Below, piece after piece: positions 26,737 to 35,584 of a stretch of 64,000 nt of DNA; within the stretch, counting starts at the first letter, position 1, and every line of letters begins with the position of its first letter. This DNA comes from an uncultured Pseudomonadales bacterium. GTDB taxonomy: Bacteria > Patescibacteriota > Microgenomatia > UBA1400 > Chazhemtobacteraceae. The stretch spans positions 1,612 to 65,611 of the forward strand of contig CAYQZQ010000002.1 of assembly GCA_964422035.1 (NCBI GenBank), in the 5' to 3' direction. The position numbers were made by a program, and so were the translations under genes. A model generated the notes under the pieces. It was not told the origin of the DNA. It saw nothing but the letters and a program-made list of their open reading frames with translations, and searched no databases.

Positions 26737-27096
26737 ATGGATAGTAAATGGCAGATAAAAATTTTTAAAATTGTTGGTTTGGTGCTTGGTGTGGGCATGG
26801 TAATTAGTTTAGGGAGAGGGTTGTGGCAGTTATATCAGGCTAGGGGAAGGTTAGAGAAAGCTAAAGAGAGCTATCTTGAGGTTGAAGATGAAAATCTTAA
26901 GTTAGAGAAAAGGATGGTGGAGGTAAAAAGTGATGGGTTTGTGGAAACTCAGGCACGAAACAAGCTTAACATGAAACTATCGGAAGAAACTATTTTGGTC
27001 GTGCCTGAAGATTTCAAGCTTGAAACTATTGAAAGTCTGGATAATGGTGAAAGTGAGAGAGCCAATTGGAAGAAGTGGTGGGAGTTGTTTAAATAA
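26737..27096 (+). CDS. FtsB/DivIC-like septum formation initiator
   Basis: 119 aa. N-terminal TM helix, a coiled coil (LEKAKESYLEVEDENLKLEKRMVEVK), then DGFVETQARNKLNMKLSEETILVV, matching the FtsB C-terminal motif (d.iEe.AR..L.m....E.v). Confidence 0.5.
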   Translation: MDSKWQIKIFKIVGLVLGVGMVISLGRGLWQLYQARGRLEKAKESYLEVEDENLKLEKRMVEVKSDGFVETQARNKLNMKLSEETILVVPEDFKLETIESLDNGESERANWKKWWELFK

Positions 27097-27125
27097 AAAA
27101 CCACTCCTTTGTGGAATGGTTTAGT

Positions 27126-27200
27126 GGTTGCGGGCCCAGGGAATTGAACCCTGGTTAAGTGAGATTATGAGCCTCACGAGATACCTACCTCCCGCCCGCA
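27126..27200 (-). tRNA. tRNA with anticodon CAU (Met, fMet or Ile2-lysidine type); CCA encoded
   Basis: Minus-strand fold: acceptor UGCGGGC/GCCCGCA, D stem GAGG/UCUC with a short loop, anticodon stem UGAGG/UCUCA, loop C-U-CAU-A-A, T arm CCAGGG-UUCAAUU-CCCUGG, then A + CCA. Neither a 6-bp T stem nor a 5-bp T stem with one extra nucleotide gives a standard cloverleaf. Confidence 0.7.
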
Positions 27201-27292
27201 TGTTAATGTCTTGCAACAAGTATAATCTTACCACGAGGCTGGATTGAGCTCAAGTTATTAGATAGATGGTAAAATAGTAGTGTGATTTTCTG

Positions 27293-27366
27293 GCAGGGTA
27301 GCTCAGTTGGTTAGAGCGAAGGAATCATAAACCTTAGGTCGGGAGTTCGAATCTCCCCCCTGCCAC
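27293..27366 (+). tRNA. tRNA with anticodon CAU (Met, fMet or Ile2-lysidine type)
   Basis: Acceptor GGCAGGG/CCCUGCC, D arm GCUC-AGUUGGUUA-GAGC, anticodon stem AAGGA/ACCUU (A31-A39 mismatch), loop A-U-CAU-A-A, T arm GGGAG-UUCGAAU-CUCCC, discriminator A. Confidence 0.85.
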
Positions 27367-27395
27367 ACAATAAAAGTTATAAAAATTAAAAAAAT

Positions 27396-28406
27396 ATGAC
27401 TAAAGATATACAGAGAGTACTATCAGGGATTAAGCCTACTGGGAGCAATTTGCATATTGCAAATTACTTTGGGGCGGTGAAACCTCACATCAAGTTGCAG
27501 GATGAGGTTGATGAAGCCTTTTATTTTATTGCTGATTTGCATGCTTTGACTACGGTGCAGGATAGAAAGAGACTAGAAGAGAATATCAGGTCAGTAACGC
27601 TTGATTATCTGGCTTTGGGACTAGATCCTGACAAATGTGTGTTTTTCAGACAGTCTGATATTGCAGAGCATGGTCAGTTGGCAGCGATTTTGGCTAATTA
27701 TGTATCTTTGGGAAGAATGAAGAGGATGCACGCTTACAAGGATATTGTTGAGGATGGAGCAGAGCAGGAATCAATTAATATGGGTCTATTTAATTATCCG
27801 ATTTTGATGGCGGCTGACATTCTGCTTTATAAACCTGATGGGGTGCCGGTAGGCGATGATCAGAGACAGCACGTTGAAGTGACAAGAGATATAGCTCGAA
27901 GATTTAATCATGTCTATGACAGAGAAGTTTTTCCGGTTGTCGAGCTAATGGTTGAGAAGAGGGCTCAAAGAATTATTGGAACAGATGGAGAAAATAAAAT
28001 GAGCAAGTCAAAAAATAATATTATTGAGATATTTGCTGACGAGGAAAAAATTAAGGATCAAATTATGAGTAGTTATACTGATCCGAATCGTATGAAAGCC
28101 AGTGATCCGGGAACGGTGGAAGGGAATCCGGTATTTGTTTATCATGATTTGATGAATGATGATAAAGAGGAGGTTGAAGATCTTAAGGAGAGATATAAAA
28201 AGGGGAAAGTGGGAGATGTTGAGGTGAAAGAGAAGTTGTTTGCAGCTCACAAGAGATTATTTGAGGGCGCAAGAGAGAAAAGAGAAGAGCTGGAAAAATC
28301 TGGAAATGTTGATGAAGTTTTAAAGAAGGGTAGTATGAGAGCTGGAAAAATTGCTAAAAAGACGATGAGTGAAGTTTATGAAACTATTGGAGTTAATTTA
28401 AAATAA
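27396..28406 (+). CDS. trpS: Tryptophanyl-tRNA synthetase
   Basis: 336 aa. HIGH-region variant GSNLHIANY and KMSKSKNN (KMSKS). Confidence 0.9.
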   Translation: MTKDIQRVLSGIKPTGSNLHIANYFGAVKPHIKLQDEVDEAFYFIADLHALTTVQDRKRLEENIRSVTLDYLALGLDPDKCVFFRQSDIAEHGQLAAILANYVSLGRMKRMHAYKDIVEDGAEQESINMGLFNYPILMAADILLYKPDGVPVGDDQRQHVEVTRDIARRFNHVYDREVFPVVELMVEKRAQRIIGTDGENKMSKSKNNIIEIFADEEKIKDQIMSSYTDPNRMKASDPGTVEGNPVFVYHDLMNDDKEEVEDLKERYKKGKVGDVEVKEKLFAAHKRLFEGAREKREELEKSGNVDEVLKKGSMRAGKIAKKTMSEVYETIGVNLK

Positions 28407-28449
28407 TAAATTTTGGTAAAAGAGGCTGAGAGGTGATAAGATAGGAGGC

Positions 28450-30324
28450 GTGGCGGCACAAAAGAAGAAAATTCCAAATGTTCCTAAAAAAAAGATGGAG
28501 TTGAAGTTTAATTTCAATTTAAAGAAGCTGTTGATTTGGGGATTGATATTGATGTTGTTTTTCCCTTTTGTGGTGAGTCTATTTGATCCGACAGCCTTTT
28601 TGGAGGAGATTAGTATTTCGCAAGCTATATCTGATGTAAAGCAGGAGAAAGTTGAAGAGATTAAGTTGCAAGGAGACAAGCTGGTTTTAAGTTATGGAGA
28701 TGATGAAGTGAAAGTTTCGAGAAAAGAAGAGGGGGTAAGTATGGTGGAGATTTTACAGAGAGAGGAAATAGATCCGGCCAAGATTAATATAGAAGTTGGC
28801 TCTCAGGCGCTGGGAGAGACGGTGACAGCTTTGTTGGTTAATATTTTGCCAATTGTTGGTTTTGGAGCAATTTTATATTTTATGATGCGGCAGTCTAGAG
28901 GGGCACAGAGCGGTTTGTTTGGTTTTGGAAAAAGTAAGGCAAAGTTGTTTTCAAAAGGTAAGCAGGATGTAACTTTCGATGATGTAGCAGGTGTTGATGA
29001 GGCAAAAAATGAGATGGAGGAAGTGGTAGATTTTTTGAAGAATCCTAAAAAATACAAAAAGGTGGGAGCTAGGACACCCAAAGGTGTACTTTTGATTGGT
29101 CCTTCTGGTGTTGGTAAAACTTTGTTGGCTCGGGCAGTAGCTGGTCAGGCGGATGTGCCCTTCTTTTCGATGGCGGGATCAGAGTTTATGGAAATGTTGG
29201 TAGGTGTGGGAGCATCAAGAGTGAGAGATTTATTTGAAACAGCTAAAAAAGCTGGTCCTTCGATAATTTTTATTGATGAATTGGATGCTATTGGCAGAAA
29301 GAGAGGTGTTGGGTCTATGGGAGGTCATGATGAAAGAGAGCAGACTTTAAATCAGATTTTGGTAGAAATGGATGGTTTCACACCAAATGATCAAGTGGTC
29401 ATTATTGGAGCAACAAACAGACCTGATGTACTGGATCCGGCATTGGTGAGACCTGGAAGGTTTGATAGAAGAATATCTTTAGACCTGCCGGATATTGAAG
29501 GAAGAAAAGAAATTTTGAAGATTCATGCAAAAGGGAAACCTTTCGATGATGAAGTAGATTGGGAAGTGATAGCTAAGAGAACGGTTGGTTTCTCGGGTGC
29601 TGATATAGAGAATATGTTGAATGAGGCGGCAATTCTGGCGGCTAGACGGAGTAAAGATGAGATTGATATGGATGATATCAGCGAGGCAGCTTTGAGAGTT
29701 AAGTTAGGTCCAGAGAAAAGGAGACTACAAAGTGATTATGAGAGAAAGTTAACAGCCTATCATGAGGGTGGACATGCAGTGGTTGGGCATATGTTACCAG
29801 GTGCAGATCCGGTACATAGGGTGAGTATTGTTTCGAGAATGAGAAGTTTGGGGCAGACTTTGGCAATGCCGGATAGAGATAAATATCAGCAGACGAGAGA
29901 AGAGTTGGTTGATCAGTTGGCTATGGTGATGGGAGGCAGGGCGGCAGAAAATCTAATTTTTGATGAGATGACAGTAGGGGCGGCGAGTGATATTGAAAAA
30001 GCAACTAAGTTAGCACGCAAGATGGTGGTTGATTGGGGTATGACTAAGTTGGGTCCGATTGCTTTGGGGCCGATGTGGCAGTCAACTGAATGGGGACGAA
30101 GTTATATGGAGCCGGTACAAATCAGTGAAGAGATGAAGGGTGAAGTGGATAAGGAGATTAAAAAATTGGTTGATGCGGCCTTGAATAAAGCAGAGGAGGT
30201 TTTGAAGGATAACAGAGACAAGTTGGATAAATTGGTTGATGTTTTATTGGAAAGAGAGACTGTAGAGCTGGAGGAGTTTAAGGACATCATGGGGGTTGAC
30301 AAGGCTAAGAAGGAATATGAGTAA
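28450..30324 (+). CDS. ftsH: ATP-dependent zinc metalloprotease FtsH
   Basis: 624 aa. N-terminal TM, AAA Walker A GPSGVGKTLLARAVAG, SRH region, and the zinc-binding HEGGHAVVG. Confidence 0.9.
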   Translation: MAAQKKKIPNVPKKKMELKFNFNLKKLLIWGLILMLFFPFVVSLFDPTAFLEEISISQAISDVKQEKVEEIKLQGDKLVLSYGDDEVKVSRKEEGVSMVEILQREEIDPAKINIEVGSQALGETVTALLVNILPIVGFGAILYFMMRQSRGAQSGLFGFGKSKAKLFSKGKQDVTFDDVAGVDEAKNEMEEVVDFLKNPKKYKKVGARTPKGVLLIGPSGVGKTLLARAVAGQADVPFFSMAGSEFMEMLVGVGASRVRDLFETAKKAGPSIIFIDELDAIGRKRGVGSMGGHDEREQTLNQILVEMDGFTPNDQVVIIGATNRPDVLDPALVRPGRFDRRISLDLPDIEGRKEILKIHAKGKPFDDEVDWEVIAKRTVGFSGADIENMLNEAAILAARRSKDEIDMDDISEAALRVKLGPEKRRLQSDYERKLTAYHEGGHAVVGHMLPGADPVHRVSIVSRMRSLGQTLAMPDRDKYQQTREELVDQLAMVMGGRAAENLIFDEMTVGAASDIEKATKLARKMVVDWGMTKLGPIALGPMWQSTEWGRSYMEPVQISEEMKGEVDKEIKKLVDAALNKAEEVLKDNRDKLDKLVDVLLERETVELEEFKDIMGVDKAKKEYE

Positions 30325-30338
30325 AGTATAATAATTTT

Positions 30339-31307
30339 ATGGCAGAAGACGAAAAAAAGTTGGTTTTAATTGATGCAATGAGTTTGTTGCATCGAGCCTA
30401 TCACGCATATCCCCAAAGTCTAAGTACAAAAGAAGGTGAGTTAACAAATGCAGTGTATGGATTTACTAGTATGTTGTTGTCGGTGATGGAGAAGCTGAAA
30501 CCTACTCATATGGCTGTAGCCTGGGATGTTGGTAAGCCAACTTTTAGACATGATGAGTATGAAGGATATAAGGAAAGTAGAGAAAAACCTGACGAAGAAC
30601 TGTTGGGTCAGATAGAGAGAACAGAGGAAGTAGTTGGTGTGTTGAATATTCCCCAGTTTGGATTGGAGGGGTATGAGGCGGATGACTTGATTGGCTCGTT
30701 AAGCAAGCAGGGAGCAGATGAGAAAGATGCGGAGGTGGTAATAGTAACGGGAGACAGAGATGTCTTGCAGTTGGTTGAAGATGACAAGGTTAAGGTATGG
30801 ATGCCGGCTGCGCCAGGTAGATATAGTAAGAACAGAGGGCCAAAAATTTATAATAAAGAGGCTGTGAAGGCCAAGTATGGTTTAGATCCTGAACAATTGA
30901 TTGATTTGAAGGCTTTAATGGGTGATAGTAGCGATGATATTCCAGGTATTAAAGGTATTGGTACGGTTACAGCGACGAAGTTGATGAAAAAATTTGGAAG
31001 TTTGGATAGTATTTATGAAGCATTAGAATCTGATGAGGGAAAAAAAGAAATTGAAGATTTGATTGGATCAAGATTTGCAGGTCTATTGGAGAAAGGCAGA
31101 GAAAGTGCTTATATGTCCCAGATGTTGGGTGAGATTAAACGAGATGTGCCGATTGAGCTTTCTTGGTTGGATTGTAAGGTGGTGGATTATGATAAAGACA
31201 AGGCGGGTGAGTTGTTTTCAAAATTGGAATTTAGGAGCCTCTTGAGTAAGTTGCCAGCTGATAGTTGGGATAAGGATTTGGAGGAGGTATTTTCAACAGA
31301 AGAATGA
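30339..31307 (+). CDS. Stand-alone 5'-3' exonuclease / flap endonuclease (Pol I 5'-nuclease domain, H3TH)
   Basis: 322 aa. LVLIDAMSLLHRAYHA, an acidic metal-binding cluster (VIVTGDRDVLQL) and an H3TH motif (GIKGIGTVTATKLMKKFGS). No polymerase domain follows. Confidence 0.8.
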   Translation: MAEDEKKLVLIDAMSLLHRAYHAYPQSLSTKEGELTNAVYGFTSMLLSVMEKLKPTHMAVAWDVGKPTFRHDEYEGYKESREKPDEELLGQIERTEEVVGVLNIPQFGLEGYEADDLIGSLSKQGADEKDAEVVIVTGDRDVLQLVEDDKVKVWMPAAPGRYSKNRGPKIYNKEAVKAKYGLDPEQLIDLKALMGDSSDDIPGIKGIGTVTATKLMKKFGSLDSIYEALESDEGKKEIEDLIGSRFAGLLEKGRESAYMSQMLGEIKRDVPIELSWLDCKVVDYDKDKAGELFSKLEFRSLLSKLPADSWDKDLEEVFSTEE

Positions 31308-32413
31308 AGATAGCTTTAGTTCATGACTATATTAAAGAGTTTGGGGGAGCAGAGAGGGTGTTGAGAGTTTTGGCGGATATGTATCCAGAAGCTCCAATAT
31401 ATACGGCTTTTTTAAAGAGAAACTCAGTGGCTTATGAAAAATTCAAAGATAAAGAAATAAATGAGAGTTTTCTGGGGCCTATTTTGAAGATATGGAAGTT
31501 ATATAGTCCTTTGAGGTTTTTATCTCCAATGATCTGGAGGAGCATGGACTTGTCTGATTATGATGTGGTGATAACATCAGCAAGCTGGTATATTACGCGA
31601 GGTTTTAAGACTAGTGAAAACACCAAGGTGATTTGTTATTGTCATACACCGCCAAGATATTTGTATGGGTATCAAACCAGTATTAATTGGCAAAAATATG
31701 GAGTAGTGCGATTGTATGCCAGTATTGTTAATTATTTTTTGAGGATTTTTGATTGGAATAGTGCTCAAGAAGTTGACCAGTGGGTAGTTAATTCTAAAAA
31801 TGTTAAGAAAAGAGTAAAAAAGTTTTATCGTCAAGACTCTCAAGTGATATATCCCCCTGTGGAAGTAAAAAGGTTTATCAAGGCAGCGGAAAAGGTAGAA
31901 AAAGAAAATTATTTTTTAATTGTGTCTAGATTAGTTGGAGGGAAAGGGTTGGAAGAAGCGGTTGAGGCGGCAACAGAGCTTGGTTTCAATTTAAAGATAG
32001 TTGGAAGTCAGGCTGGTTTTTCTAAAGTGGCGGAAAGTATCAAGAGACAGGCAGGAGAAAAGGTTGAGTTTTTAGGAAGAGTTGAGGATGATGAGCTAAC
32101 TGATCTGTATGCAAGAGCGAAGGGTTTTATTGCTTTGGCTAAGGAAGAGGATTTTGGAATAACACCGGTTGAGTCTATGGCGGCGGGTACGCCGGTAATT
32201 GCATATAAAGGGGGTGGTTTTAAGGAGACTGTTATTGATGATGAGACGGGAGTGTTTGTAACTGATACAAGTGTGGAAAGTTTGAAGGCAGCGGTTAGTA
32301 AGATAAATGGTAATGATTGGGACAAGAAAGCACTGCAAAAACAGGCTAAGAAATTTGGCAGAGAAAGATTTGAGAAAAAGGTAAGGGAAGAAGTAGGCAA
32401 GATGATGTCTTGA
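31304..32413 (+). CDS. Glycosyltransferase family 4
   Basis: 369 aa. C-terminal GT4 signature EDFGITPVESMAAGTPVIA. It overlaps the upstream gene by 4 nt. Confidence 0.75.
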   Translation: MKIALVHDYIKEFGGAERVLRVLADMYPEAPIYTAFLKRNSVAYEKFKDKEINESFLGPILKIWKLYSPLRFLSPMIWRSMDLSDYDVVITSASWYITRGFKTSENTKVICYCHTPPRYLYGYQTSINWQKYGVVRLYASIVNYFLRIFDWNSAQEVDQWVVNSKNVKKRVKKFYRQDSQVIYPPVEVKRFIKAAEKVEKENYFLIVSRLVGGKGLEEAVEAATELGFNLKIVGSQAGFSKVAESIKRQAGEKVEFLGRVEDDELTDLYARAKGFIALAKEEDFGITPVESMAAGTPVIAYKGGGFKETVIDDETGVFVTDTSVESLKAAVSKINGNDWDKKALQKQAKKFGRERFEKKVREEVGKMMS

Positions 32414-32426
32414 TATACTGTGGGGT

Positions 32427-33299
32427 ATGCCAGAGTTGCCCGAGGTAGAAACAATAGCTAGACAGTTGGATGAAAAATTGAGGGGGAAGAAAGTGGTTGA
32501 TATTGAGGTTTTAAGAGAAAGAAGCTTTAAGGGAAATGAGGATTTACTGGAGGGTAAGAAGATTGATGGTGTGAATAGGAGGGCAAAGTTATTGATAATT
32601 GAGTTTGAAGATTGGGACAGGGTGGTGTTGGTTCATTTGAAAATGACGGGGCAGTTTGTATGGAGGCCGAGTAATTGGGAGAAAGGGGAGTGGAGAGAGG
32701 AGTTAGCGGGCGGTCACCCAACTGATGATTGGTTAAATGAGCTACCAAGTTCTCATACTCGGGTAATGTGGAGTTTTGAGGATGATTCGAAGTTGTTTTT
32801 TAATGACATGCGTGTATTTGGATGGATGAAGATTGAGAAAGTTGAAGAATGGGAGAAGGAAAAGGAAAAAATGCCACCAGATGTAGTAGATAATGATTTT
32901 ACTTTGGAATATTTTAAGAGCTTTCTTTCTAGTACAAGGAGAATGGTGAAAACGGCAATTATGGATCAAAAAAAGATTGGAGGAGTAGGAAATATTTATG
33001 CTTGTGATGCTTTGTGGAAAGCTAAAATACATCCTGAGAGAAGGGCTAATAATTTGAGTGAGGAAGAGGTTGGGAGACTTTATGGCGCGATCGTGAGAGT
33101 GATAAATAAAGGTATTAAGATGGGTGGAGCTACTTATTCTGATTTTAAAGATACTCAGGGGTTGGGAGGAAGTTATCAAGATCATTTCTTGGTTTATGAT
33201 AGGGAAGGAGAGGAGTGTAAAAGGTGTAGAGAGAAAATTAAAAAGATAAAGGTAGGGGGGAGAGGAACATATTTTTGCCCTGTTTGTCAGTCTAAGTAG
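32427..33299 (+). CDS. mutM: Formamidopyrimidine-DNA glycosylase (Fpg/MutM; Fpg/Nei family)
   Basis: 290 aa. N-terminal MPELPEVE with catalytic Pro2/Glu3, an H2TH region, and a C-terminal zinc finger CKRC...CPVCQ. Confidence 0.85.
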   Translation: MPELPEVETIARQLDEKLRGKKVVDIEVLRERSFKGNEDLLEGKKIDGVNRRAKLLIIEFEDWDRVVLVHLKMTGQFVWRPSNWEKGEWREELAGGHPTDDWLNELPSSHTRVMWSFEDDSKLFFNDMRVFGWMKIEKVEEWEKEKEKMPPDVVDNDFTLEYFKSFLSSTRRMVKTAIMDQKKIGGVGNIYACDALWKAKIHPERRANNLSEEEVGRLYGAIVRVINKGIKMGGATYSDFKDTQGLGGSYQDHFLVYDREGEECKRCREKIKKIKVGGRGTYFCPVCQSK

Positions 33300-33320
33300 C
33301 ATTGAGGTATAATTTAAGTA

Positions 33321-34382
33321 GTGAAGTTGAAGAAATTTAGTCTGAAAGATTTTCGAAATTATGAAGAGAGAGATATTGAGTTGGGTGAGGGTGTGACGGT
33401 AGTTTTGGGTCCTAATGCAGTTGGAAAAACAAATATTTTAGAAGCCATTAGACTGGTGTCAACTGGAAACAGTTTTAGGGCAAGCAGAATTGAGGAGATG
33501 ATCAGGTTTGAACAGGAGTGGGGTAAGGTTGAGGTTTTTATGGATGATGAAGATGATGAGGAAGTTAAATTAACGGTAATGTTGACAAGAGGAGAGTTAA
33601 AGGGAAAAAGAGTTAACAAACGCAGATATATGATTAATGATAATGGGAAGAGAAAAAAGGATTTTGTAGGAAGAATGCCGTCAGTTGTGTTTCGTCCTCA
33701 AGATTTAGACATGATTGAAGGGTCCCCGTATTTGAGGCGAGGTTGGTTGGATGATATGTTAAGCCAAGCAGAAGTTGGATATGAGAGAAGTTTGAAGTCA
33801 TACAACAAGGCTTTGAGAAGAAGAAATAAAATTTTGGAGGCAATAAGGGAGGGAGAGGCTAGCAAATATCAATTGACTTTTTGGGATGGGTTGTTGATTA
33901 AGCATGGTCAAGAGCTTATAGAGAAAAGAGAAGAACTGGTGAGTTATGTTAATGAAATCTTTCGCAAAAGTGAGTTATTTTCACAGTTGAAGCTTGTTTA
34001 TGATAAAAATGTGGTTAGTGAAAGAAGACTGGATCAGTATGAGAAAGAGGAGGTGGCGGCAGGTCATACTTTGGTTGGTCCCCACAAAGATGATGTAATA
34101 GTTTTGTCTTTGGATGATAAAGAGAGGGATTTGGGTATTTATGGTTCGAGAGGTGAACAAAGAATGTCTGTTTTGGGGATGAAGATGGGTGAGCTTTTAT
34201 TTTTAGAAGAAAAATTAAAAAGAGTACCAATTTTATTGTTAGATGATATTTTTTCAGAACTTGATGAAGAGCATAGTGGTGAGGTGTATAAGGTGATGAA
34301 GGGTAGGCAAGCAGTAGTTACTACCACAGATGAAGAAAGAGTGGGTGATTTTGATGAAAAAAGAGTTGTAAAATTAAAGTAA
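33321..34382 (+). CDS. recF: DNA replication and repair protein RecF
   Basis: 353 aa. Walker A GPNAVGKTNILEAI, an SMC-like signature region, and Walker B LLLDDIFSELD. Confidence 0.85.
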   Translation: MKLKKFSLKDFRNYEERDIELGEGVTVVLGPNAVGKTNILEAIRLVSTGNSFRASRIEEMIRFEQEWGKVEVFMDDEDDEEVKLTVMLTRGELKGKRVNKRRYMINDNGKRKKDFVGRMPSVVFRPQDLDMIEGSPYLRRGWLDDMLSQAEVGYERSLKSYNKALRRRNKILEAIREGEASKYQLTFWDGLLIKHGQELIEKREELVSYVNEIFRKSELFSQLKLVYDKNVVSERRLDQYEKEEVAAGHTLVGPHKDDVIVLSLDDKERDLGIYGSRGEQRMSVLGMKMGELLFLEEKLKRVPILLLDDIFSELDEEHSGEVYKVMKGRQAVVTTTDEERVGDFDEKRVVKLK

Positions 34383-35254
34383 TGAGAGAAATTTTTGATA
34401 AAGAAAAAATTAAGGACTTGTGGGTTCCTGATAGTGAAAGGTCTAAATTTGATGCGGGTCAGGTAGTTATTATTGGAGGAAGTCGGTTATTTCATGGAGC
34501 ACCATTTTTGGCTTTAAAGGCAGCTTCACGAATTGTAGATATGGTTTATTTTTCTAGTTTTGAAGAAGATAAAGAAGTAGCTAATAATATTAAAACTGGA
34601 CTATCCTCATTTATCTGGGTTACTCGCGAGGAAGTTGGAGAGTATATAGAAAAATCAGACGCAGTTTTGATTGGTCCTGGATTGATGCGCTATGAAAAGG
34701 AGGATGGTCAAAAAGGAGACAGGATTGATGGGGAAGGACGCAAGACTCGTGAGCTTACAAGGAAACTGCTGGAGAGGTATAAAGAAAAGAGATGGGTGGT
34801 TGATGGAGGGAGTTTGCAAGTGATAGAACCAGAGCTTATACCTTCAGGAGCTGTGGTGACTCCTAATCAGAAAGAGTTTGAGATGCTATTTGGGGAAAAA
34901 GTAGATGTGAAGAATGAAGATGAGATGGTTTTAAAAGCTTCAAATCAGGCGAGTCGGCATGAGTGTGTGGTGGTGTTGAAGGGACCATCTTCTGTTGTAA
35001 CTAATGGAGAAAAGAGTTATTTGATAAGGGGTGGAAGTTCTGGATTGGCAAAAGGAGGTACGGGTGATGTTTTAGCAGGCTTGATTGTGGGACTGATGGC
35101 TAGGAATGAGAGTGTTTTGGCGGCTTGTGTTGCAAATTGGTTAATAAAAAGAGCAGGTGAGAGGTTGGAAGAAGAAAGAGGAGAGATGTTTAATGCAGAT
35201 GATGTGGCAGACATGGTGACTTTAGTATGGGGAAAAGTTATGAGCTCTTTTTAG
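34382..35254 (+). CDS. ADP-dependent NAD(P)H-hydrate dehydratase (YjeF C-terminal / Nnr family)
   Basis: 290 aa. GGSRLFHGAPFLALKAA and GGTGDVLAGLIVGLMA, the ribokinase-like YjeF-C signatures. Its start overlaps the recF stop. Confidence 0.75.
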   Translation: MREIFDKEKIKDLWVPDSERSKFDAGQVVIIGGSRLFHGAPFLALKAASRIVDMVYFSSFEEDKEVANNIKTGLSSFIWVTREEVGEYIEKSDAVLIGPGLMRYEKEDGQKGDRIDGEGRKTRELTRKLLERYKEKRWVVDGGSLQVIEPELIPSGAVVTPNQKEFEMLFGEKVDVKNEDEMVLKASNQASRHECVVVLKGPSSVVTNGEKSYLIRGGSSGLAKGGTGDVLAGLIVGLMARNESVLAACVANWLIKRAGERLEEERGEMFNADDVADMVTLVWGKVMSSF

Positions 35255-35531
35255 GGTTTTTTAGTCGGTTTTGAATCCTGGTGAGCTGCAGAGTAACTAG
35301 AATGGCTAGAGTGGTGACTATGATGGCGTAGATAAGTAGTGAAATGATGTTAGCACTTTGGGGAAGATAAGGAGTAACGTAGGTTTTGATAAATTCTTTG
35401 ACAACTTCGTTCCAAGCTAAGGCGGCTACTAATCCGAAGGCTGAGGTGGCAAGGGAAAGTATTTGTTCGATAATGGACACGGGCAGACTTTTGAAGTTTT
35501 CTGGGGCTTTAATTTTTTGAGCCATAAGCAT
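35238..35531 (-). CDS. Hypothetical small membrane protein (2 TM)
   Basis: 97-aa ORF with two hydrophobic helices. It is convergent with the nnr-like gene. No recognisable domain. Confidence 0.4.
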   Translation of the reverse strand: MLMAQKIKAPENFKSLPVSIIEQILSLATSAFGLVAALAWNEVVKEFIKTYVTPYLPQSANIISLLIYAIIVTTLAILVTLQLTRIQNRLKNPKKSS

Positions 35532-35584
35532 ATTTTATCAGTAGGCGGATTGATAATTCCTGCATAATTTGCAATAATTAGGGC

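Noticed and set aside
31063-31245. A same-strand, alternative-frame ORF inside the 5'-3' exonuclease gene.
   Set aside because: It is fully nested within a gene that has clear motifs. At 60 aa and with no recognisable features it is probably a chance ORF.
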